Shown here: one piece after another, positions 39,723 through 48,829 of the stretch
Numbering within the stretch: position 1 is the stretch's first letter
How the letters are laid out: each line of letters begins with the position of its first letter
Assembly: GCA_902789225.1 (NCBI GenBank)
Contig: CADANC010000002.1
Coordinates: 103,167-167,166, forward strand
DNA: 64,000 bases
Origin: an uncultured Erysipelotrichaceae bacterium
GTDB taxonomy: Bacteria > Bacillota_I > Bacilli_A > RF39 > UBA660
Direction of reading: 5' to 3'
Program-made: the position numbers and the translations under genes
Notes under the pieces: generated by a model
What the model was told of the DNA's origin: nothing
Database searches by the model: none
Seen by the model: the letters and a program-made list of their open reading frames with translations, nothing else

Positions 39723-39969
39723 TTTTATTGTATTTTATTGTTTTTAGTAGAAAAAAATTTTTTATCCGAGCGATAACTTACTATTTGTCTTTCTAATTAT
39801 ACCACATTTTTTTAATTTTAATTGAGCGTAATATTACTATATTCCGATATAAATCAAGTAATATTATTGCTTGATTTAGAATTAAAATACGTGGCACGTT
39901 TTGTCATTTTACTGATGAAAGTGGCGATAGTATTTTTTCTTTTTTATGAATCTAGATGATGAAATAAAA

Positions 39970-40153
39970 AAGGCACCTTTACTACTTACGATAGTTTGTA
40001 GTATTGGTGCTTTATGGGATTCCAAAGGGTTTATCCTTGGCACACATTGTTATTGGCTCTGCCAATATCATAGTGTGTTACTATCTTGTCATAATGATAG
40101 TCTTATAAAGAAAGGCCATCATCTCTACTTTTTTCTTTATAAGGTTTATAACC
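39970..40153 (+). ncRNA. Candidate structured RNA (four hairpins)
   Basis: Stems at 39970-40013, 40039-40079, 40080-40101 and 40102-40143; mismatches resolve as G-U pairs on the + strand. Confidence 0.5.
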
Positions 40154-40221
40154 ATTACCCAATATATTTGATGTAATTCTTCTTCGGTATTAATCCATTC
40201 CCTACTCTAGAATTGGTAAAC

Positions 40222-40250
40222 AAAAAATGCCATCATTTAGAGGGCATTTG
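40222..40250 (-). terminator. Island-encoded terminator downstream of secA
   Basis: aaatgcc...ggcattt hairpin with a T-run on the minus strand. Confidence 0.55.
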
Positions 40251-40305
40251 TCTTTATTTTTATCCACAAATATTGAGGAAAAATATCACAACACTTTTTG
40301 TCTTC

Positions 40306-40380
40306 TGTCCACATTGCTCAAAATATGTGGACAAAATGTGGACAAACAGCTAATTTTAACGATTTTTTACGTGGACAAAA
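40306..40380 (+). repeat. TGTGGACAAA repeat cluster (arm-type or DnaA-box-like)
   Basis: tgtggacaaaa 40326-36, tgtggacaaac 40337-47, gtggacaaaa 40371-80 and inverted tgtccaca 40306-13. Confidence 0.7.
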
Positions 40381-40405
40381 TCCTCGCAAAACCGCATAAA
40401 ATCAA

Positions 40406-42898
40406 CTACTTACCATGGCATTGTTTGTATTTTTTCCCTGAGCCACATGGACATGGATCATTTCTACCAACCTTTTTAACTCTTTTTGGTTGTGATTTAG
40501 TACTTCCTTTGTCAGGGTCATTTGTTTGAATATTTTTTGATGTTTCTTTTCTTTCTATATTTTGTCTTATTTCTGCTTTAATTAGTGTGATAGAAACATC
40601 TTTATCTATTTTTTGTAACATTTGATCAAATAAGTCATAACCTTCCATAGTATATGCTCTTAATGGATCTTCTTGTGCATATCCTCTTAAATGAATACCT
40701 TCTCTTAAATGAGACATTGTATTAATATGTTCCATCCAATAATGATCTACTATTTGAAGAGTTATTACTTTTTCAAATTCTTGAGTTATTTCTTCTGGTA
40801 ATTTTTCTAATTTAGCATCATATTCTTCTGTTACTCTCTTAACTATTAAATCTATTACTTCATCTGCAGATAAATCTTTTATTTCTTCTACTTTAAAATC
40901 TTTCTTTAATAAGTTTTCATTTGCAAATTCAGCTATATCTTCATAATCTTTTTCATTTAATACTTGTTCTGTTACTAAATGTGATTTTACTAAATCTTCT
41001 ATATGGTGTCTAAATGTTTCTAGTACCATCTCATGAATTGATTCTTGATCTAGTATTCTATTTCTTTTCTTGTAGATAATATCTCTTTGATCATTCATGA
41101 CATTATCATATTCAAGTAATTGCTTACGTATATCGAAGTTATTTCCTTCAACTCTTTTTTGAGCAGATTCAATAGAACGAGAGAATGTTTTTGATGTTAT
41201 TGCTTGGTCTTCCATACCCATATTTTTCATCATTTCTCCGATTCTATCTGAACCGAATCTTACCATTAGGTCATCTTTCATTGAAACGAAGAATTGAGTA
41301 TATCCTGGATCTCCTTGACGTCCTGAACGTCCACGTAACTGATTATCAATACGACGTGATTCATGACGTTCTGTACCTATAACACAAAGTCCACCTAAGG
41401 CTCTTATTTCATCTGATAATTTGATATCTGTACCACGACCAGCCATATTTGTTGCGATTGTTACTGATTTATGTAGACCGATATTTGCAATTATTTCAGC
41501 TTCACGTTCATGGTTCTTAGCATTTAATGTTTCATGAGGTATTCCTGCTTTAGTTAATAAATCTGATATTAACTCAGATGTTTCTATTGCTATAGTACCT
41601 ATTAATACAGGTTGTCCTTTTCCATATAATTCTTTTACTTTTTCAATAATTGCTTTATATTTAGCCTCTTTAGTTGCATAAACTATATCTGGAGCATCTA
41701 TTCTAATTACTGGTTTATTAGTAGGTATTTCTATAACATACATATTATATATATTTCTAAATTCTTCTTCTTCTGTTTTAGCTGTACCTGTCATACCAGA
41801 TAGTTTGTTATACATTCTGAATAAGTTTTGGAATGTAATTGTTGCTAGAGTCTTTGTTTCTTCATTGATAGTTACTCCTTCTTTAGCTTCAATTGCTTGA
41901 TGAAGTCCATCAGAGTATGCTCTACCTTTCATTAAACGTCCAGTAAATTGATCGACTATAACGATTTGTCCATCTTGAACTACATAGTCTACATCATTCT
42001 TCATAGCATAGTTTGCACGTAGCGCTTGGTTGATAAAATGTAGTAGTGTAGCATTTTCTATATCGTATAAATTGTCTATATGAAACATTTTTTCTGCTTT
42101 TTCTGATCCTTTTTCATTTAAGTTAACGCTCTTTGTTTTTTCATCATAAATGAAATCTACATCTTCTTTAATACTTTTAGCAAATCTATCTGCTTCTTTA
42201 TATAGATTGGCATTTTTCATTTCTCCACCTGAAATGATTAATGGTGTTCTAGCTTCATCTATTAATACTGAGTCAACCTCGTCTACAATAGCAAAGTTAA
42301 GAGGACGTTGTACTCTATCTTCTTTTCTAACTACCATATTATCTCTTAGGTAATCGAATCCAACTTCGTTATTTGTAGAATATAAGATATCACAGTTATA
42401 TGCATCTTGTTTTTCTTGTGGAGACATATCTCTTTTATTAACACCTACTGTTAATCCTAAAAATCTATGAATTCCACCCATCCATTCAGCATCACGACTT
42501 GCTAAGTATTCATTAACTGTAATTATATGAACACCTTTTCCTTCTAATGCATTTAAATATGCTGGTAATACAGCTGTTAATGTTTTACCTTCACCTGTTT
42601 TCATTTCAGCAATATTACCATAATGAATTGCTAAGGCACCTAACAATTGTACAGGGAATGGTTTTTCTCCTATTACTCTGTATGCAGCTTCTCTAGCAGT
42701 AGCGAATGCTTCTACTAATATATCTTCTAGAGTTTCCCCTTTATCTAGTCTCTCTTTGAATTCGCTTGTTTTATCTTGTAATTCTGTATCTGTCATTTTT
42801 GAATATTCATCTTCTAATGCGATGATTTGATCAGCAATTTTTTGGAATCTTTTTAATTCTTTATATTCATGATCAAGTAGTCTTCTTAATATTCCCAA
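40406..42898 (-). CDS. secA: Preprotein translocase SecA
   Basis: AEMKTGEGKT, DEVDSVLIDEARTP, ATNMAGRGTDI and C-terminal SEC-C GRNDPCPCGSGKKYKQCHG. Confidence 0.97.
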   Translation of the reverse strand: MGILRRLLDHEYKELKRFQKIADQIIALEDEYSKMTDTELQDKTSEFKERLDKGETLEDILVEAFATAREAAYRVIGEKPFPVQLLGALAIHYGNIAEMKTGEGKTLTAVLPAYLNALEGKGVHIITVNEYLASRDAEWMGGIHRFLGLTVGVNKRDMSPQEKQDAYNCDILYSTNNEVGFDYLRDNMVVRKEDRVQRPLNFAIVDEVDSVLIDEARTPLIISGGEMKNANLYKEADRFAKSIKEDVDFIYDEKTKSVNLNEKGSEKAEKMFHIDNLYDIENATLLHFINQALRANYAMKNDVDYVVQDGQIVIVDQFTGRLMKGRAYSDGLHQAIEAKEGVTINEETKTLATITFQNLFRMYNKLSGMTGTAKTEEEEFRNIYNMYVIEIPTNKPVIRIDAPDIVYATKEAKYKAIIEKVKELYGKGQPVLIGTIAIETSELISDLLTKAGIPHETLNAKNHEREAEIIANIGLHKSVTIATNMAGRGTDIKLSDEIRALGGLCVIGTERHESRRIDNQLRGRSGRQGDPGYTQFFVSMKDDLMVRFGSDRIGEMMKNMGMEDQAITSKTFSRSIESAQKRVEGNNFDIRKQLLEYDNVMNDQRDIIYKKRNRILDQESIHEMVLETFRHHIEDLVKSHLVTEQVLNEKDYEDIAEFANENLLKKDFKVEEIKDLSADEVIDLIVKRVTEEYDAKLEKLPEEITQEFEKVITLQIVDHYWMEHINTMSHLREGIHLRGYAQEDPLRAYTMEGYDLFDQMLQKIDKDVSITLIKAEIRQNIERKETSKNIQTNDPDKGSTKSQPKRVKKVGRNDPCPCGSGKKYKQCHGK

Positions 42899-43033
42899 TT
42901 AAATTACACCAACCTTTCTTTTTCGAGCTATTCGTAGATTATTATATCAAATTTTTATTAACTTTTAAAGATTATTTATATATCATAGGTTTCAAACAAA
43001 AAAAGGTCTATTTTTTAGACCTTTTAATTACAA

Positions 43034-43555
43034 TTATTCTTCTGTTATTAGACCATAATCTTTATCTTTTCTTCTATATACTACTGCTGCTTTTCCTGTT
43101 TCACTATCATGGTACATAAAGAAATCATGACCTAATAATTCCATTTGAAGTATAGCTTCATCTTCATCCATTGGCTTAACTTCAATTGTCTTTCTTTTTG
43201 TAATTTTCTTTTCCCCTTGAACTGGTTCAATAGCATCTATTGTGAAATCAATTGCGTTAGTTTTCTTAGTTGCTAACCTAGTCTTATTCTTTCTAATTTG
43301 TCTTTCTAATTTGTCTATTGTCTTATCAACTGCTGCATAGAAATCTGCATTTCCTTCTTCAGAACGTAAAATATACGATTTTAATGGAATAGTTACCTCA
43401 ACTCTTTGATTCTTTTTATCACTTTTTACTATTACTTTAGCTCGAACATCTTCCGCATTCTTTAGGTATTTATCTAATTTCCCTAACTTTTCTTCGATAT
43501 AACTCTTCATAGCATCAGTGATTTTAATCTTATCACCTCTTATGATGAACTCCAT
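43034..43555 (-). CDS. hpf: Ribosome hibernation promoting factor (long HPF)
   Basis: DKLERQIRKNKTRL and KPMD.DEAILQMELLGHDFF; upstream of secA. Confidence 0.93.
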   Translation of the reverse strand: MEFIIRGDKIKITDAMKSYIEEKLGKLDKYLKNAEDVRAKVIVKSDKKNQRVEVTIPLKSYILRSEEGNADFYAAVDKTIDKLERQIRKNKTRLATKKTNAIDFTIDAIEPVQGEKKITKRKTIEVKPMDEDEAILQMELLGHDFFMYHDSETGKAAVVYRRKDKDYGLITEE

Positions 43556-43610
43556 AATATCGCCTCCTTGTAACTTTAGTATAACATAATTAATCTAGAA
43601 AAAAAAGAAG

Positions 43611-44696
43611 TTATCGTCTAACTCCTTTGATTTTATTAGAAATTCTCTCTAACAGTTTTGGATTTTTTTCTGAAATAATTGAAGTATGAAATACAAACCA
43701 AACTGCTAATATGAATAAAACTATATATAATATTTGTCCTACTTCTTTGTCTTTTGTTATATAAAAGATTGAAGCTAATGAGAACATTATATTTATTGCA
43801 TATATTATTAATACTGTTACTACTGGAGAGAAATTCATTCCTAGTAGTTGATGATGGAAATGTTCTTTATCTGCTTTAAATGGTGCTTGTTTTCTAAGGA
43901 GTCTTCTTATTATTGCAAATAATGTATCTAATATTGGAATTGCTAGAACTGATACAGGTACAAAGAATGAAATCAATGCAGGTCCTTTAAATTCTAATAA
44001 AGTAATTATTCCTATAATAAATCCCATGAATGTTGCACAATCTCCTGCAAATATCTTTGCTGGATGAAAATTATGTAGTAAGAATCCTAAAGTGGATCCT
44101 AACATTATTAGAGATAATATTAATACTAGCGAATTATATCTTCCTTGATAAAAAGCTATAAAAGCAATAGTTGCGAAGAATATTGAACATATTCCTCCAC
44201 TTAATCCATCTAGTCCATCAATTAAGTTAATTATATTGGTACATGCTACAATAAAGAATAGTGTTATTGGATATGCCCATATACCGAAATCAAATGTTAA
44301 TCCAAATATTGTTATATTATTTAATAATATTTTTCCATAGAATACTATTACACATGCTGCAATGATATGTCCTATTAGTTTTTGATATGCTCTAATTGAT
44401 TTTATATCATCTGTTATTCCTGTAAGAATTACAATAAAACTACCAATAAGTATTGAATTCATTCTTAAACTTTGTTCTCCAAAGAGCATATATCCTACTA
44501 GAAAAGCTAGGAAGATGCCTACTCCTCCGAGTTTTGGCATTGTTCTTTTGTGAATATGCCTGTGTCCTTCTTTATTTGTTGGTATATCTAATGCTCCTAC
44601 ATGCACTGCAATTTTTTTCATAAAAATCATTATTATTGCGGATACTATGAATGTTGTTATTACAATCATTGATCCGTGTATTATTTGTTCTTTCAT
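43611..44696 (-). CDS. tagO: Undecaprenyl-phosphate GlcNAc-1-phosphate transferase (TagO/WecA)
   Basis: PKLGG, TDD, NLIDGLDGL, NFHPAKIFAGD and ADKEHFHHQL motifs. Confidence 0.88.
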   Translation of the reverse strand: MKEQIIHGSMIVITTFIVSAIIMIFMKKIAVHVGALDIPTNKEGHRHIHKRTMPKLGGVGIFLAFLVGYMLFGEQSLRMNSILIGSFIVILTGITDDIKSIRAYQKLIGHIIAACVIVFYGKILLNNITIFGLTFDFGIWAYPITLFFIVACTNIINLIDGLDGLSGGICSIFFATIAFIAFYQGRYNSLVLILSLIMLGSTLGFLLHNFHPAKIFAGDCATFMGFIIGIITLLEFKGPALISFFVPVSVLAIPILDTLFAIIRRLLRKQAPFKADKEHFHHQLLGMNFSPVVTVLIIYAINIMFSLASIFYITKDKEVGQILYIVLFILAVWFVFHTSIISEKNPKLLERISNKIKGVRR

Positions 44697-44705
44697 ATTA
44701 GTCTC

Positions 44706-44903
44706 CTAAAACATTCTAAATGTAGTAAATACATCCATTATAAAATTTGTTACTAAATATATGATTGATATTGTTAATAAAAAATAAAATAAAGTTGATT
44801 GAAAAGGTCTATTTTTTTTAAATATTTGATTAATATTAACTGAGTCTATTGCCCAGATTGTTAATATTGATACTATTATATATACAAAAAACTTACCTTT
44901 CAT
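44706..44903 (-). CDS. DUF1146/YwzB-like small membrane protein
   Basis: WAIDSVNINQIFKKN..Q...L.I.I.YLV.NF pattern. Confidence 0.75.
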   Translation of the reverse strand: MKGKFFVYIIVSILTIWAIDSVNINQIFKKNRPFQSTLFYFLLTISIIYLVTNFIMDVFTTFRMF

Positions 44904-45342
44904 AATTACCTTCCTCATACATAGATATTTTGTTTATTCTACGATTATGTTTTTCTAAATTAGAAAATGGTGTATTAATAAATGTTTTTACTATTTCAAT
45001 AGCATCTTCTAAAGATGTCTTTTCTCCAAAAGCAACTATATTACTATTATTATCATTTCTTGTATATTTTGCCTCTTCTGAATTAGATACTTTTGCACAT
45101 CTTATTCCTTTGACTTTATTACATGCTATAGATATTCCTATTCCAGAACCACAGATAGCTACTCCAAAATCAACATCACCTCTTACAACTGATTCTCCTA
45201 ATTTAAAGGCATAATCTGGATAATCTGTTGATTCTTCACTATTTGTTCCATAGTCTTCTATTTCATATGAGTCTTTAAAATAATTAATTAATTCTTCTTT
45301 TAATTTTAATCCTCTATGATCACTAGCAAATCCTATTTTCAT
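44893..45342 (-). CDS. rpiB: Ribose-5-phosphate isomerase B
   Basis: ASDHRG, DYPD and ICGSGIGISIACNKVKGIR. Confidence 0.93.
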   Translation of the reverse strand: MKIGFASDHRGLKLKEELINYFKDSYEIEDYGTNSEESTDYPDYAFKLGESVVRGDVDFGVAICGSGIGISIACNKVKGIRCAKVSNSEEAKYTRNDNNSNIVAFGEKTSLEDAIEIVKTFINTPFSNLEKHNRRINKISMYEEGNYER

Positions 45343-45784
45343 TTTTTTTCACCTTTTTCTTTCCTAGCTTAATAAAATTCATTTCTCCATATTCTTGAGA
45401 TAATAGTAACAATTCAGCTTTTGTAGTATCATTTATAACTCCATTATTATACTCATCTATTTCTCTTATATTTGATGGTAACTCGGTAGCATAATAATCA
45501 GATTCTAATATTATATCTCTACTTAGTACGTATTTTTCATTACTATTTATGTTTTCTAGAAAAATTGAATATCTATAATATCTAGTTCCTATGTTTATCC
45601 TAGCTCCGGACATATGGCAAGTATATGTTTTCTTTGCTTTAGCCTCTTTAATTCTTGGATAACATAACAAAACTCTTCCATGAGAACAATTATCTATTAA
45701 ACTTTGTTCATATAATTCATATGACTTTTGTTCTGATAATCCTTCTATATATCCATTTTTTAATATCTCTCTAACTTCATTCAT
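45323..45784 (-). CDS. Hypothetical protein
   Basis: 153-aa ORF with GGAG SD; KAKKTYTCHMSG..I..G.RY may be a degenerate Zn-ribbon. Confidence 0.65.
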   Translation of the reverse strand: MNEVREILKNGYIEGLSEQKSYELYEQSLIDNCSHGRVLLCYPRIKEAKAKKTYTCHMSGARINIGTRYYRYSIFLENINSNEKYVLSRDIILESDYYATELPSNIREIDEYNNGVINDTTKAELLLLSQEYGEMNFIKLGKKKVKKNENRIC

Positions 45785-45838
45785 CCTGTACTCCCTACTT
45801 GAATTATAACATTAGATAAAAAAAAAGAAAACTGATTA

Positions 45839-46057
45839 TTATTCAGCTTCTTGTTTAGTATCAAAACCATATTTCTTGTTGAATTTATCTACACGACCAG
45901 CATGAGATGCTCTAGTTTGTTGTCCTGTATAGAATGGATGACAAGCTGAACAAACTTCAACATTAATTTCTTCTTTGATTGATTTTGTTTTGAAAGTATT
46001 TCCACATGCACAAGTAACTGTACATTCTTTCATTTCAGGATGAATTCCTTTTTTCAT
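45839..46057 (-). CDS. rpmE: 50S ribosomal protein L31 (Zn-binding type)
   Basis: MKKGIHP...CACG...[10 protein letters not shown]...[10 protein letters not shown]. Confidence 0.95.
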   Translation of the reverse strand: MKKGIHPEMKECTVTCACGNTFKTKSIKEEINVEVCSACHPFYTGQQTRASHAGRVDKFNKKYGFDTKQEAE

Positions 46058-46201
46058 TAATACTTCCTCCCTTCGCCATGACCAAAAATAAGTCATAGAT
46101 ATGAATTGCTTTTATATTGTAGCAAGTTTTCCTTATTTTTGCAAGGTTTTTGTCATTTTATTTTTTTAAAATATATATTATAATTAAATGGAGGTGTTAA
46201 G

Positions 46202-47491
46202 ATGGAACTTGTTATTGATATACCTAAAGAAGAATATGAATCTTTTGTAGAGAAAAGTCCTTATGGTCATTTCATGCAAAGTTATTATTTTGGTCAAATA
46301 AGAAAATATAAAAATTTTATTCCTCATTATGTAGGACTTCGTAATAATAAGAAGTTAGTTTGTGTTGCTTTATTACTTGAAAAGAAACTTTTAATGGGTT
46401 ATTCATATTACTATTGTCCTAGAGGATATGTTATAGATTTTAACAATCATGAATTAGTTAAAGATTTTACTGAACAATTGAAATTCTATGCTAAGAAAAA
46501 TAAAGCAATCTTCATTAAACTAGATCCTGCTATTAAATTACATGATTTAGATCCTGAAGGTAATGTTATTGGTAATGATAATACTGAAATTGTTAATTAT
46601 TTAAAAAGTATTGGATATAAACATCTTGGATATAATTTGGGATTTGAAAGAGAACAGCCTAGATTTACTTTTAGAATAGATTTAGATAAACCTTTTGATG
46701 AGGTATATTCTAATATGCATCCTACTACTAGAAAAATATTAAATAAGGGTAATCAATATGATTTAGATGTTTATAAAGGTAATATTAAAGATATGAATGA
46801 TTTTTATATTACTATGAGTGAAACATCTAAAAGAGAAGGTATTATACAAGCACCTATCGACTATTATAAAACATTCTATAAAGAATTTAATGATGTTGGA
46901 ATGAGTGATTTATATATAGTTAAAGCAAATATTAAAAAGGTTAAAGCTTCATTTAATAATAAAATCAAAGAAGTTAAGAGTACTATTGATACTCTTAATG
47001 ATAAGATTGTTAAAGGAAAAGACGTAGAAAAAAATCAAAATAAAATAAATGATTTAGAAAAGCAATTAGATAAACTTAAAACTATGTTAAGTAATATAAA
47101 TAATATTAAAGAAAAAGAAATTGTTCTTTCTTCTATTATTACTGTTAAATATGGTGATAAAGTATGGACTGTTCATGGTGGAAACAATTCAAAACTAATG
47201 GAATTAAATGGTAATTATTTATGTTATTACACTATTATGAGGGATGCTCATGAGGAAGGATATAAGTGTATGGATTGTTTTGGTACATGTGGTTATGCTA
47301 ATCCAGATAAAAATAATCCAATTTATGGAATCCACTCTTTTAAAAAGAGACTTGGTGGTGAATATACTGAGTTTATTGGAGAGTTTGATCTAATTACTAA
47401 TAAATATATGTATTTTATGTTTAAAACATTAATTCCTATATATAGAAAAATTAAAAGAAATAAAAGTATAAGTAAAAAGGATGAAGATTAG
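46202..47491 (+). CDS. FemABX/MurM-family peptidoglycan bridge aminoacyltransferase
   Basis: FMQS, YCPRG, FIKLDP, QPRF and GIHSFKKRLGG..TEFIGEFD motifs. Confidence 0.9.
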   Translation: MELVIDIPKEEYESFVEKSPYGHFMQSYYFGQIRKYKNFIPHYVGLRNNKKLVCVALLLEKKLLMGYSYYYCPRGYVIDFNNHELVKDFTEQLKFYAKKNKAIFIKLDPAIKLHDLDPEGNVIGNDNTEIVNYLKSIGYKHLGYNLGFEREQPRFTFRIDLDKPFDEVYSNMHPTTRKILNKGNQYDLDVYKGNIKDMNDFYITMSETSKREGIIQAPIDYYKTFYKEFNDVGMSDLYIVKANIKKVKASFNNKIKEVKSTIDTLNDKIVKGKDVEKNQNKINDLEKQLDKLKTMLSNINNIKEKEIVLSSIITVKYGDKVWTVHGGNNSKLMELNGNYLCYYTIMRDAHEEGYKCMDCFGTCGYANPDKNNPIYGIHSFKKRLGGEYTEFIGEFDLITNKYMYFMFKTLIPIYRKIKRNKSISKKDED

Positions 47492-47503
47492 TCTTCATCC
47501 TTT
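47476..47503. terminator. Bidirectional hairpin made of the coding ends of the Fem-family gene and murA
   Basis: aaaggatgaaga-ttag-tcttcatccttt. Confidence 0.75.
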
Positions 47504-48753
47504 ATTTCTTTTAGTTTTACTTTGGCGCCTACGCTAGTTAATTTTTCAATAATTTGCTCATATCCTCTTAAGATGTGTTCTACGTTAGTTACTGTTGTTT
47601 TACCTGATGCAACTAATCCTGCTGCTACCATAGCTGCTCCTGCTCTTAGGTCTGTTGCAACTACTTGGTGTCCTTTTAATTCTGTTGGGCCCATAATTGT
47701 TGCTGTTTGATTTTTAATAGTAATATCTGATCCCATCATATTTAAATAATTTATATGCATAAATCTATTTTCCCAGATTGTTTCTGTTAATTTTGATTTT
47801 CCATTACATTGAGTTAATAAAACTGTTAATGGTTGTTGTAGGTCTGTTGGAAATCCAGGATATACAGCTGTTTTTATATTAGTAGGTTTTAGATTTGTTC
47901 CTTTGCTAACTATTACATAATCTTGACCTACTTCTAGATCTATTCCGATTTCTTCTAATTTTGATAATAGAGCTTCTAAATGTTCTGGAATTAAATTATC
48001 TATTTTTAGATTCTTTCCGCATAATGCTCCCATTATAATATAAGTTCCTGCTTCAATTCTATCTGGTATTATTTCATGGAAGCATTTATGTAAGCTTTCT
48101 ACTCCTTCTATTTTTATTGATGAAGTTCCTGCTCCTGTTATCTTTGCTCCCATATTATTTAAGAATGTAGCAACACTAACTATTTCTGGTTCTTTAGCAG
48201 CATTATCTATAACTGTTTTTCCTTTAGCTAATACAGCAGCTAACATAATATTAATAGTTGCTCCTACTGAAGCTATATCTAAATAAATGTTAGCTCCTTT
48301 TAATTCTTTGGCTTCGACAGTATACTTACTCTTATTCTTTGTAACTACTGCTCCTAATGCTTCAAATCCTTTTAAGTGTAAGTCTATTGGTCTTGCTCCT
48401 ATTGAACATCCGCCTGGGAAAAACATTGATACTTTATGATATTTTCCTAATAATGCACCCATGAAATAATAAGATGCTCTTAATTTCTTAGAATGTTCTT
48501 CTGCAATTTCTGTATTTACCATATTTTTTGGATTTATAACTAAACTTCCACTTGCACGTGTAGTTTCTACTTTTAAATCATGTAATATATCACATAATGC
48601 ATCTGTATCTGTTATTTCAGGAATATTACAAATAGTAACTTCTTCATCTGCTAAAATTGCAGCAGGAATAATTGCAACAGTTGCATTTTTTGCACCGCTT
48701 ACTCTTATGGTCCCCTCTAAATCTCTTCCGCCTTCAATTTCAATTATCTTCAT
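47488..48753 (-). CDS. murA: UDP-N-acetylglucosamine 1-carboxyvinyltransferase
   Basis: SGAKNA, PGGCSIGARPIDLH, DRIEAGT, YPGFPTDLQ and TDLRAGAA. Confidence 0.96.
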   Translation of the reverse strand: MKIIEIEGGRDLEGTIRVSGAKNATVAIIPAAILADEEVTICNIPEITDTDALCDILHDLKVETTRASGSLVINPKNMVNTEIAEEHSKKLRASYYFMGALLGKYHKVSMFFPGGCSIGARPIDLHLKGFEALGAVVTKNKSKYTVEAKELKGANIYLDIASVGATINIMLAAVLAKGKTVIDNAAKEPEIVSVATFLNNMGAKITGAGTSSIKIEGVESLHKCFHEIIPDRIEAGTYIIMGALCGKNLKIDNLIPEHLEALLSKLEEIGIDLEVGQDYVIVSKGTNLKPTNIKTAVYPGFPTDLQQPLTVLLTQCNGKSKLTETIWENRFMHINYLNMMGSDITIKNQTATIMGPTELKGHQVVATDLRAGAAMVAAGLVASGKTTVTNVEHILRGYEQIIEKLTSVGAKVKLKEIKDED

Positions 48754-48829
48754 ATATACTCTCCTATCTGATAGTTCTACAATTTTATAATAATTTGTAA
48801 GATAGTTTTTGTCAAATATAGTAACACTT

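Larger units (their letters stand above)
35901..40449. mobile_element. ~4.5-kb integrase-less genomic island inserted in the secA 3' end
   Basis: Flanking duplication of the secA end with shared core gccacatg, terminal TGTGSACAAA tandem repeats and mobile-type cargo genes. Confidence 0.8.

Noticed and set aside
39946-40529. ORFs 39946-40176 and 40227-40529 as a possible integrase or excisionase remnant
   Set aside because: No tyrosine or serine recombinase motifs and atypical composition; they overlap the hairpin region, the repeats and antisense secA. A small peptide cannot be fully excluded.
46060-46110. Possible L31 leader RNA upstream of rpmE (atgac...gtcat hairpin)
   Set aside because: Only a short stem is visible; cannot be supported without a covariance-model search.
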